Source of the DNA: Promethearchaeota archaeon
Lineage (GTDB): Archaea > Asgardarchaeota > Lokiarchaeia > Sigyniarchaeales > SOKP01
Direction: 5' to 3'
Length of the DNA stretch: 21,077 nucleotides
NCBI GenBank assembly: GCA_029838195.1
Contig: JALGVJ010000053.1
Coordinates: forward strand, 1 to 21,077
Shown: positions 1 to 11,068 of the stretch, one piece after another
Position numbering within the stretch: position 1 is the first letter of the stretch
How the letters are laid out: the number at the start of each line of letters is the position of its first letter
Made by a program: the position numbers and the translations under genes
The notes under the pieces: model-generated
Database searches by the model: none
What the model was told of the DNA's origin: nothing
Seen by the model: only the letters and a program-made list of their open reading frames with translations

Positions 1-232
1 TTTTACGTAAAAAAGTCACCCATAATACTTTTTTTAGCACGTTTAAGGAATTTCAACGGGCAATCTTTAAATTTATTAGAAAATATAAATATACATCCAC
101 GGAAATTAAAACGCGGTGCAATTTTACGAAGTTATTTAGTGCATCATAAATAGTTTCCCCCAAATCATGGAAATTAAAAAGAAAAAAAACTGAATAATGA
201 TAATAATAAAAAGAGATTTGGTTAAAATAAGC

Positions 233-769
233 TTAAAGATAAATGATTTCTAAATTAACATCCGAATGAGTTAAATGCAAGAAAGCATAGGAATTAATAT
301 CCGTGAATCGTTTATCAGTAGGTGTTCCGGGATTGAGATACCATTTTCCATCTCTCCATTTTTCGTTATACGGGCGGTGAACGTGGCCAAAAATGATGAT
401 ATCATATTTACTTAAATCAAAATTCTTGTTTAATCGCTTTATAATGATATTAGGCCCGCCCATTCCATGGGTCATGAAAATCTTATGACCAAGTAATTCG
501 AATTCTAATTGAGAAGGAAGGGTTTTTCTGATTTTATTGTCGTCCATGTTCCCTGAAATACCTATGACTTTGTCTTTTCCAAACGTTTCTAGGAGATTTT
601 CGTACACGAAATATTTTTCAAAGTCTCCTAAATGGAAAAGAAAATCAATTTTTCGCTTTTTAAAATCTTCGATAATGGAAGCAGGAATCGCAGGTTCTCT
701 TGAGGGTACGTGTGTATCAGAAATTAATCCTATTAAAAGTTCTTCTTTATCTGTTTTTAGCACGGTCAC
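233..769 (-). CDS. Metallophosphoesterase, YfcE/MJ0936/Vps29 family
   Basis: Calcineurin-like motifs in order: SDTH, HLGD, GNMD, THG, FGHVH, LNPGT. GTG start preceded by SD-like GAGGT. Confidence 0.9.
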   Translation of the reverse strand: MTVLKTDKEELLIGLISDTHVPSREPAIPASIIEDFKKRKIDFLFHLGDFEKYFVYENLLETFGKDKVIGISGNMDDNKIRKTLPSQLEFELLGHKIFMTHGMGGPNIIIKRLNKNFDLSKYDIIIFGHVHRPYNEKWRDGKWYLNPGTPTDKRFTDINSYAFLHLTHSDVNLEIIYL

Positions 770-815
770 ATAACCTCATGAAATCATCTTGATGGGGGAT
801 TGAAATATTTCATAA

Positions 816-1781
816 TTAAGATTCTTTTGGATTTTCTCGTGGTTTTGATAGTTTTTCTTCTCTTAATTTAATAACTCGTAGAGCGAAATTTAATATTTCT
901 TTAATATTGTTCCATTTCCCCTCTTGGATTTTATCTTTCATCCAAGTATATAAATCATGGTCAATAGGAGTCGTCATCATTATCGGAAGGGTTTTTTTAG
1001 CCTCTTCTGAAAAAGCTTTATTGAGAAGCCATGAAATCGTGTTAGCAATTAGTTTAAAATTATCTGCGGCTTTAATTCCATATAAATCTTGCAAGCTTGA
1101 AAAAGGAGATAAATTCCCTATTGCTGCAACTTTTCCTAATCCATAATGTGCTACAGCAAAAATGCCCCAGCTTTTATTTGATTCTTCCACCCATTCTTGT
1201 CCATTGAAAAGAAGACGATATGAGGTTTTTTCAGAGGAGAAGGCAAGATCGGTCACATGGATCTTAAACTCAATATCTTGCTCTTCCTCGATGGATTTAT
1301 CCACGGTAAGCGTGCAGCCATTTGAATAAATTATTTGGGCTATATCATTGGTAATAAAATGATTTCTAAATTTTGTAATGATTAATCGGGAAGGATCACT
1401 AACGAAATGTTCTTTATCAAAAAGTTTATCAGGGTTGAAATAAATTCCAAACTGCTTCATTAAACTAGAGAGATTATTTTTATTTTCTATATCTCCTCCT
1501 TGATCATTAATAACGAGTAAACTTCCTCCATCTTTTACATATTTTACTAGATCTACGATTTCATAATCTTCTAAGCAAGCATCTTGCGGTAATCCGATTA
1601 TGAATATGTCATAGACTGAGAGTTTTTTATAATCTAATCCCGCTTGAATAGTCCCGATCTTAAAGTTGGAGGTGAAAAGGAATTCCATGAAGTCGGAAAA
1701 GGCCGGATTTTCAATGTTTAATTTGTTCTCATGCGATTGGTCAAATCCGATGGCATTCCTTCTTTCGCCCGTCATAAGCAT
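816..1781 (-). CDS. GIFT-type (GldG/IFT52-N/DUF4350-like) domain protein with putative C-terminal ribbon-helix-helix domain
   Basis: IGFDQSH, YDIFIIGLP, YVKDGGSLLVI, LMKQFGIYF, HFIT, YGLGKVAAIG and DNFKLIANTISWL fit the GIFT/DUF4350 pattern. The tail MTTPIDHDLYTWMKDKIQEGKWNNIKEILNFALRVIK resembles CopG/ParD-type RHH. Start may be the ATG at 1775. Confidence 0.65.
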   Translation of the reverse strand: MLMTGERRNAIGFDQSHENKLNIENPAFSDFMEFLFTSNFKIGTIQAGLDYKKLSVYDIFIIGLPQDACLEDYEIVDLVKYVKDGGSLLVINDQGGDIENKNNLSSLMKQFGIYFNPDKLFDKEHFVSDPSRLIITKFRNHFITNDIAQIIYSNGCTLTVDKSIEEEQDIEFKIHVTDLAFSSEKTSYRLLFNGQEWVEESNKSWGIFAVAHYGLGKVAAIGNLSPFSSLQDLYGIKAADNFKLIANTISWLLNKAFSEEAKKTLPIMMTTPIDHDLYTWMKDKIQEGKWNNIKEILNFALRVIKLREEKLSKPRENPKES

Positions 1782-2141
1782 TCTCGAAATAAATTAATTA
1801 ATCAAGAGGATACCTTTCTTACTTCTTCTTTTTATTTATATATATAATATCAATGTAGTACGCATTTAATAATCTATTTAATTTGCCTCATTAATGATTT
1901 AGAATTCTATTTATTAAAGAAGAATAATGCGTTAAATATTTCTCATATCATATCAATTCCCGGATTTATCTTGGTAATCTTTTCGAAAAAGTCCTGGAAT
2001 GGAACATCCTAATAAGAATTATTTTTTCATTTATCAAATTAATTGAAATTTTTTGATTTTTCATTTAGGGTCAAAACTTAAAAATTAAGAATTGAAAAGA
2101 AATAACATAACCAATAAAAGATGAAATTATCAGTTAATTAG

Positions 2142-4595
2142 TTAATGATTGCCCATATCTTTAGCACATTTTCCAATAGCACTTACGTGATCATCTTCAT
2201 ATAACGTGATTACTTTCACTCCTTTTGCCTTGCGATGGGTAATGCGAATGGAATCTACGGGAACTCTAATGACTTGTCCTTGTTCAGTTCCGATTATTAA
2301 ATCTTTATCTTTCGCAATACGGGACGCAATGACTTCATCTCCATCATCTTCTTGTAAAGAAATATTAATCACGCCCTTCGTGGCTCTCCCCGTTTTTCGA
2401 TATTCATTCACGTGAGTTCTCTGAGCATGTCCGTTTTTTGTAATGGTTAAAATAATATCATCATCCGTTACGAGTAATAAATCAATCACCTCATCCCCTT
2501 CACGTAAATCAACTCCCTTTACGCCCATGGAATTTCTTCCCAATTCCCTTAATTCACTTTCATCAAATCGAATGGCATAGCCTAATTTCGTTGTGATGAA
2601 AATATCTTGTAATTCATTGGTTAATTTTTTCACCCGCACTAATTTATCATTGGGACGAATTTTTTGAGCTCGAAGTCCCGTTTTCTTTATTCTCGAAAAT
2701 AATTTTAATTTACATTTTTTAATGATTCCTTTTTGAGTTATCATGATGAGATGATAATCCGTATTGAAGTTATTAATGGGGATCATGTCTGAGATTTCTT
2801 CATTTTCTTGAATCTGAATTAAATTAACAATGGGTTTCCCTTTTGCGGTTCTTTTTTGTAAAGGAATTTCGTATGCTTTTATGGAATAGACGCGTCCTTT
2901 TGATGTAAAAAATAAAATTGTATCGTGTGTGGAGCAAACAAATAAATCTAAAATGAAATCTTCTTCTCCTATCTTAATCCCTTTTTTTCCCTTGCCCCCT
3001 CTTTTTTGAGCTTGATATTCATCGAGAGAGATCCGTTTAATATAGTGATTATTCGTCATTATAATCATAGTAGGTTCATTTTTTATCAAGTCTTTCTCCT
3101 TTATTGTTTTAATTTTCTCTTGCTGATGAATTATTGTTCGTCGCTCATCGCCGTATTTTTTACTCATTTCCACGAGTTCTTGTTTTATAATTTCCAGACG
3201 TTTTTTCTCTGAAGCTAAGATTTTTGATAGGTCTTTAATCGCATTAGTTAGAGATGTTTGTTCCTCAATTAATTTTTGTCGTTCAAGACTCGTTAAACGG
3301 GATAAAGGCATGGCTAAGATGGTTTTTACTTGGATCTCACTGAGACTCCACGTACTCATTAACTGGTTTTGGGCTTCTTGCTTGTCTTTTGATGCCTTTA
3401 TAATTTTAATCACTTCATCAATATTATTTAGCGCAATTAAAAGACCATCCACTTTATGTAATCTTTCTTCTGCTTTTTTCAAATCAAATTCAGTTCTCCG
3501 CTGAATGATGGTTAATCGATGATTAATGTATTCTTGTATCAGTTCTTTTAAAGTAAGTATTTTTGGGAGTTTACCATCATTCGTGAGCACCAAGTTTACC
3601 ACGTGAAATTGAGTGAGTAGTCTCGTGTGCTTGAATAGAACATTTTTAATTATTCGGGGTTGAGCCGATTTTCTAAGCTCTAATACGATTCTTATACCAG
3701 TCCGATCAGACTCATCTCGCAAGTCCTTGATATCTTTTAATTTACCATCTCGTATTAATTTCGCAATAGACTCTACTAGATCAGTTTTATTAATCAAATA
3801 AGGAATTTCCGTGATAATTAACCTTCTTTTTTCTCCTTCTTGTTCTAATTTTATTTTTCCTCTAACAGTTATTCGGCCTCTTCCTGTAGAATATGCATTA
3901 TAGATGCCGTTTGTATTTGTAATAATTCCTCCCGTTGGAAAATCAGGACCCTTAATTATTTCCATTAATTCTTCCACCGAAATATCCGGATTATCGATGG
4001 TAGAAATAATTCCTTGGCAAATTTCCATTAAATTATGAGGTGGCATGGAAGTAGCCATTCCTACAGCAATCCCTTTTGTTCCATTTATTAAGATATTGGG
4101 CAATTTCGCAGGAAAATAACGGGGTTCTTGAAGCGTTTCATCAAAATTTGGCTGAAAATCCACGGCATTTTTATCTAAATCCTCAACCAATTCATTTGCT
4201 ATTTCAGAAAGGCGTGCCTCCGTATAACGCATGGCAGCAGGCTCATCTCCGTCAATTGATCCAAAATTTCCCTGCGGATCGATTAATGGATATCTCATGG
4301 AAAAATCTTGGGCCATTCGTACTAAACTATTATAAATTGCTGCATCTCCGTGAGGATGGAATTTCCCTAATACATCGCCCACAATTCTGGCACTCTTTAC
4401 ATGAGGCCGATTAAAAAATTGATTATTTGCATACATGGAATAAATAATCCTTTTATGGACGGGTTTGAGACCATCTCTCACGTCCGGAATTGCTCTTCCG
4501 ATGACTACTGACATGGCGTAGTCAATATAACTACTTTCCATCTCATTTTTTAATGAAACTTCCTCGATTTGTTCAATTGTCATGATTACAACCAA
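2142..4595 (-). CDS. gyrA: DNA gyrase subunit A
   Basis: RAIPDVRDGLKPVH, FHPHGD, catalytic Tyr in AAMRYTE, GyrA-box QKRGGKG, and repeated beta-pinwheel blades in the C-terminal domain. True start may be the ATG at 4583 rather than the TTG at 4595. Confidence 0.97.
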   Translation of the reverse strand: MVVIMTIEQIEEVSLKNEMESSYIDYAMSVVIGRAIPDVRDGLKPVHKRIIYSMYANNQFFNRPHVKSARIVGDVLGKFHPHGDAAIYNSLVRMAQDFSMRYPLIDPQGNFGSIDGDEPAAMRYTEARLSEIANELVEDLDKNAVDFQPNFDETLQEPRYFPAKLPNILINGTKGIAVGMATSMPPHNLMEICQGIISTIDNPDISVEELMEIIKGPDFPTGGIITNTNGIYNAYSTGRGRITVRGKIKLEQEGEKRRLIITEIPYLINKTDLVESIAKLIRDGKLKDIKDLRDESDRTGIRIVLELRKSAQPRIIKNVLFKHTRLLTQFHVVNLVLTNDGKLPKILTLKELIQEYINHRLTIIQRRTEFDLKKAEERLHKVDGLLIALNNIDEVIKIIKASKDKQEAQNQLMSTWSLSEIQVKTILAMPLSRLTSLERQKLIEEQTSLTNAIKDLSKILASEKKRLEIIKQELVEMSKKYGDERRTIIHQQEKIKTIKEKDLIKNEPTMIIMTNNHYIKRISLDEYQAQKRGGKGKKGIKIGEEDFILDLFVCSTHDTILFFTSKGRVYSIKAYEIPLQKRTAKGKPIVNLIQIQENEEISDMIPINNFNTDYHLIMITQKGIIKKCKLKLFSRIKKTGLRAQKIRPNDKLVRVKKLTNELQDIFITTKLGYAIRFDESELRELGRNSMGVKGVDLREGDEVIDLLLVTDDDIILTITKNGHAQRTHVNEYRKTGRATKGVINISLQEDDGDEVIASRIAKDKDLIIGTEQGQVIRVPVDSIRITHRKAKGVKVITLYEDDHVSAIGKCAKDMGNH

Positions 4596-4614
4596 AAAAT
4601 TAGTTAAACAATTA

Positions 4615-6642
<2,028 letters not shown>

Positions 6643-7113
6643 TTAAAGAAGAAATGATTTGAATTAGAAAAAATACATCTCTCTTATATAACAATAATGT
6701 TTTGCCCTTATTAATGTTTATATATTTTTTATCATCCTTTAATGGAAGATATCTTTAAAATCTTTAATCAATATTAAATTTTCTAATGAAATTCATTTCC
6801 CATTCTCAAAATTAGTGATAGTTTTAAGCCCTTTTACTTCAAGCACTCTTGAAATGTAATTTAAATTTTCGACATTTTCAGAAGTGCTAAAAAGGTTCTT
6901 TTTATTTTCTCTTTCTCAAGTTGTCTTTTCAATTAAATTAAAAATTGGCTTAGAATTTCGAATAAAAAATAGTTTAGAGCTAACATTTTTGGTTAAAAAT
7001 ACAGAGTTAAAGTTTGGGCATTTTTACCATCTTTTAATCTCAAATATCTTGTCCAGATTAGTATATAATAAATTTTACTTGTATAATTTTTTTTTAGCGT
7101 TTTTAATTACTCC

Positions 7114-7977
7114 TCATTTCTGCCTTCTTAATTCTTCAGCAACTTTAATGATCTCAAATAATTGTGAATTGACATCGTGAGTTCTGATGATATGAGCTCC
7201 ATTATATACAGCAATAGCTGTAGCTGAAAGCGTTCCATTTAACCGATCTCTTGGATCAGGTAATTGTAAGATTTCCCCAATAAAAGATTTTCTTGATATT
7301 GCCACCAAGATGGGTTTATGTAATCGCTTTAATCGTAGTAGCTCATTAATTATTTTTAAATCGCATGTATATATTTTTTTTTCAACCCAATGACCTATCC
7401 CGGGATCTAAAATTATTTTATTTGTATCATGTCCCTTATTTTTTAATTGTTTTAAGGTTTTTTTAAATTCAGCGATAATATCTTTCATTTTTAATAAATC
7501 ACCGGGATCTTTCTTAGAGGCCATGATAATGGCAGGAATTTCTGTTTTCAAAATGAAATTCATTAAATCCGGATCTGTTTTGAAACAACTAACATCATTT
7601 AAAATCATCTTTTTTTCATGACTTGAAACAATTTCATGAGCTTTTTGAGCAACTTCTTTATATTGCGTATCAACAGAGATTATAATATTTTTTGGAACCT
7701 GTTCACACGTGATTTCTAAAGCAGGGATGATGCGAGCAATTTCTTCTTTTACTGTTATCTTTTCCGACCATGGAGCCGTGGAACGGGCCCCAACATCTAA
7801 AATTTTAGCGCCGTTTTGTATCATGGTATTAATCGCATTTTTTAAATCTTCTGGAGTGGTAAGCACGGAATTCTTATAGAACGATTCGGGGCTCAAATTA
7901 ATAACACCCATCACTACAGTGGGAACATCATCCCCAAGTTCCAAGCAATCGAATAATTTAACGTGGATTTTATTCAT
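7114..7977 (-). CDS. folP: Dihydropteroate synthase
   Basis: MGVINLSPESF, DVGARST, ISVDT, LNDVS, ILDPGIG, SRKSFIG and IIRTHDV are the pterin-binding TIM-barrel motifs. Confidence 0.9.
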   Translation of the reverse strand: MNKIHVKLFDCLELGDDVPTVVMGVINLSPESFYKNSVLTTPEDLKNAINTMIQNGAKILDVGARSTAPWSEKITVKEEIARIIPALEITCEQVPKNIIISVDTQYKEVAQKAHEIVSSHEKKMILNDVSCFKTDPDLMNFILKTEIPAIIMASKKDPGDLLKMKDIIAEFKKTLKQLKNKGHDTNKIILDPGIGHWVEKKIYTCDLKIINELLRLKRLHKPILVAISRKSFIGEILQLPDPRDRLNGTLSATAIAVYNGAHIIRTHDVNSQLFEIIKVAEELRRQK

Positions 7978-8117
7978 TTTCTTACGATTTACACCATTTA
8001 AAATTAGTTAAAACCTCGAAGCATAAAAAAGACTTGAATGAATTTTCTCATGTTATTATTAATCATTAAAAAAGTCCTTAAAAACTTTTTTAAATTAAAA
8101 CTAAATCTAGTTAAGAA

Positions 8118-9059
8118 TCACTCATCTTTCTCTTTTATAATCATCACGATTGAAATAATTACAATTAGAATTCCTATGAAATGATATATTGTGAAAATTT
8201 CTCCTAATAAAAGCGTGGCAAAAAAAGCTGTTATGAAAGTAGAAAAAGAAATTAAGATGATAGTTTTTCCCATTTTAATGTAAGAAAGGGTCTTGCTCCA
8301 CGTTAGCAACCCAAAACCATAAACAAATCCAATTAATAAAAAATAGAGTTGATTTAAAGGATCAAGAAGAAGGGAAAGATTTTTTAAAGGATAAAAAATA
8401 AAATACGTGGAAGCTAAAATCGTCCCTCCAATAAGAGTTCTGAATAAGACGAATTGATTTGGTGTAAGCTCTTTTCTGTCGTATAATTTTTTTGAAAAAG
8501 AATGTCCTAACATATAAAGGCCAACATCGAAGATTATTATCAATACCCCTAAATTAAACTCAAGTCCATGAAAGCTCCCTTGAGTAACCGCTAAAAAAAG
8601 ACCAAAAAAAAGCACGATTGAAAAGATTACTTGGATTTTCGTGATTTTTTCTTTTAAAATCAAATATCCAAATAAAATGGAAAAAATGATTTCACTCTTT
8701 AAAGCTATAGAACCATTAATTGCCCCCGCTAATTCTAAGCCAATGAATAATAATAGGGGTACGAATGTGAAAATAAGCCCGATAAGAAATAATAGCTTTT
8801 TATTATTTTTCCACCCATTTAATAAAGATTCCGTTGTAGAATCATCTCCGGACGAATTTTTCAAAATAAATTTCAGTTTTCTACGTTCCAGCATTACAAG
8901 AGGGAGGAAAATAAAAAACTGAACTATATTCATCATGGTGGAGAAAAGATATGCATCAATTATTTTTGGTCTCGAATTAGCTACGATGGGCTGGAGCCCC
9001 ACGAGAACGATTGCTATTAATCCCCAAATTAACCCTTTTTTATGATTTTCGGATACCAA
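8118..9059 (-). CDS. DMT/EamA family transporter
   Basis: About 10 hydrophobic segments in two repeats, ending FGYLILKEKIT and FATLLLGEIFT...GILIVI. TTG start is uncertain. Confidence 0.85.
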   Translation of the reverse strand: MVSENHKKGLIWGLIAIVLVGLQPIVANSRPKIIDAYLFSTMMNIVQFFIFLPLVMLERRKLKFILKNSSGDDSTTESLLNGWKNNKKLLFLIGLIFTFVPLLLFIGLELAGAINGSIALKSEIIFSILFGYLILKEKITKIQVIFSIVLFFGLFLAVTQGSFHGLEFNLGVLIIIFDVGLYMLGHSFSKKLYDRKELTPNQFVLFRTLIGGTILASTYFIFYPLKNLSLLLDPLNQLYFLLIGFVYGFGLLTWSKTLSYIKMGKTIILISFSTFITAFFATLLLGEIFTIYHFIGILIVIISIVMIIKEKDE

Positions 9060-9123
9060 CCTACAGCAACAATAAAAAAATTCTAATTTTTTAAATATTA
9101 ATACGAATTAAAAAAATGAGGAT

Positions 9124-9990
9124 TCATTTTAATTTTTCACTTTCCTCTGCTTTGGTTCTAAAAAATTCCATTATTTCACTGAAAGTCACCTTGGCATCAT
9201 TCCCAAATATCTCTTTTCTAAAAATGAGTAAAATTGTGATTAAAATAATTGCTTTTATTAGGAGCACGTAATAAATATTGACCGGGAAATTAAACACCAA
9301 TGTGGCATTTGCCGTTCCGTGTAAGAGTAAAACCGTGAGCAAGCACCCTTTACCCTTGTTATAAATCCATGTTTGAATAATGGAAACAAGGATTACAAAC
9401 AAGAGAAAATTCCAAATAGAACCGTATAATTGAAGCATGGGGCTATCCTTAAGCAGGAAATGTGGCCAATGCCAAGCCGCCGTGATGATACTCAAGATTA
9501 GTGAAGAGTAAAAAGGAGAAAATCGCTCTTGGAGATGGGGGAGAGCAAAGGATGACCATCCGAATTCCTCTCCCATGCTAAAAATAAAATTAACAATGAC
9601 GGCAGGAATGAATTCTATCCAAAGAATGAGAGAGAGATTGTAAGGCCCCACGAATAGAAAATATAGAAACACTTGGCCAAAAAACTGAATTAATGGTAGG
9701 ACAAAAGCGAGGAGAACCCAGGGGAATGCTTTCTTAGCATTTAAATTAAATTGACCGAAATTATATTCAGGCCCATCCTTACCATAGACAATTCGTGAAC
9801 TAATGAGAGCTCCAAGCAAGGGTGAAACACCTCCTATATACACGTAGAGCGTGATGAAGGGAATAAGACCATAAGAAGATAATACCCAAGGTAGATACCC
9901 AATAGCCCCAATAAGGAAGGTAAAAAAGAGGAACCATGATAGCGGTGTAATTAAGGATTTTTTATTATTCTCTGGTGAGTTATTATTCAT
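9124..9990 (-). CDS. CPBP (Abi/type II CAAX) intramembrane glutamic protease family protein
   Basis: Multi-TM protein with GEEFGW, AAWHWP and LHGTAN motifs. Confidence 0.85.
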   Translation of the reverse strand: MNNNSPENNKKSLITPLSWFLFFTFLIGAIGYLPWVLSSYGLIPFITLYVYIGGVSPLLGALISSRIVYGKDGPEYNFGQFNLNAKKAFPWVLLAFVLPLIQFFGQVFLYFLFVGPYNLSLILWIEFIPAVIVNFIFSMGEEFGWSSFALPHLQERFSPFYSSLILSIITAAWHWPHFLLKDSPMLQLYGSIWNFLLFVILVSIIQTWIYNKGKGCLLTVLLLHGTANATLVFNFPVNIYYVLLIKAIILITILLIFRKEIFGNDAKVTFSEIMEFFRTKAEESEKLK

Positions 9991-10108
9991 TTTTTTACCA
10001 CAATATCATTGATATTAAGTGAATTGTTTACACAAATAATTTAAAAATTACTATTTAATTTTATTTTTTCCTTGAAATAAGATAGTCTTTCAATGATTTC
10101 AAGTGGAA

Positions 10109-10116
10109 TTTAATAA
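10109..10116 (+). promoter_or_regulatory. Candidate archaeal TATA box for a leaderless cofE-like transcript
   Basis: TTTAATAA lies 25-32 nt upstream of the ATG at 10141, preceded by purine-rich AAGTGGAA, with no SD before the ATG. Weak evidence in AT-rich DNA. Confidence 0.3.
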
Positions 10117-10140
10117 CCATAAAATCTTCTGTTATGTAAC

Positions 10141-10935
10141 ATGGAATTGTTTTCAATTCGATTGCCGTTCATAAAAAAAAATGCTCCACTCCTTAGAATC
10201 ATCATTAATTCCATTCAAGTTCAAGGAAAAGAGCTTAAAAATGGAGATATTATAGTTATATCGGAAAAAGTTATTGCTACTTCGCAAGGACGAATTATAA
10301 AGCTAGAAGATATAAAAGAAATATCTAAGGAAGCAAGCGAAATGGCAAGAAAATACGATATGGATGAACGATATGTGGAAATAATTTTAAGAGAAGCTTC
10401 CATGATTCTCGGAGGAATGAAGCACGTGATTTTAACGAAAGTTAATGATTTCTTGATTGCGAATAGCGGAATTGATCAATCCAATGCTGGTTTGGGGAAT
10501 GTCGTGTTATTGCCTAAAAACGTGAAAAACGTGGCTTGGGAATTCAGAAAAGTTCTTAAAGAGGAATTCAATCTCGATGAACTTGGCGTTATCATTGCCG
10601 ATTCAAGGGTTCAGCCTCTAAGAAAGGGCACTATTGGCATCGCTATCGCAACGGCTGGGTTTGAGCCCGTTGAGGATTGCAGGGGAAGGGAAGATTTATA
10701 TGGACGTCCCCTACAAATCACCTTGAGAGCAGTTGCTGATGATTTAACCAGTGCAGCACAATTTTTATTGGGGGAAGCAAATGAACAAACTCCTGTCGTC
10801 ATAATTCGAGGAGCTAACGTGAAATTCACCGAAAATCCTCAATTAACCACGGAAATGTCCCCTGAAGAATGCTTGTACATGAATATTTTTTCTCGGTATC
10901 TTTTAATGATAGATTCGAAGGAGGATAATTCTTAA
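10141..10935 (+). CDS. cofE: CofE-family gamma-glutamyl ligase (F420-0:L-glutamate ligase or FolC2-like folylglutamate ligase)
   Basis: GDIIVISEKVIATSQGR, ANSGIDQSN, GVIIADS, DLYGRPLQIT, AVADDL and GEANEQTPVVIIRG are CofE-family motifs. Substrate is uncertain. Confidence 0.85.
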   Translation: MELFSIRLPFIKKNAPLLRIIINSIQVQGKELKNGDIIVISEKVIATSQGRIIKLEDIKEISKEASEMARKYDMDERYVEIILREASMILGGMKHVILTKVNDFLIANSGIDQSNAGLGNVVLLPKNVKNVAWEFRKVLKEEFNLDELGVIIADSRVQPLRKGTIGIAIATAGFEPVEDCRGREDLYGRPLQITLRAVADDLTSAAQFLLGEANEQTPVVIIRGANVKFTENPQLTTEMSPEECLYMNIFSRYLLMIDSKEDNS

Positions 10936-11068
10936 TACTTTTATTTGGTCGTTATTTCTTCCAATCGTGGTAAAAAAGTAGAAAAATTATAAAATTTTAT
11001 GGGCTGTTCATATATCATCAATTCAAAAGACCTCTACCTTTTTTATAAGATAAAAAATTTTCAATCTC

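Noticed and set aside
97-179. Direct repeat GGAAATTAAAA at about 101 and 169
   Set aside because: Only two short AT-rich copies; not a CRISPR array and plausible by chance.
6884-7180. 98-aa plus-strand ORF between gyrB and folP
   Set aside because: GTG start, low-complexity F/L/K/N composition typical of AT-rich spacer DNA, and antisense overlap with the folP 3' end.
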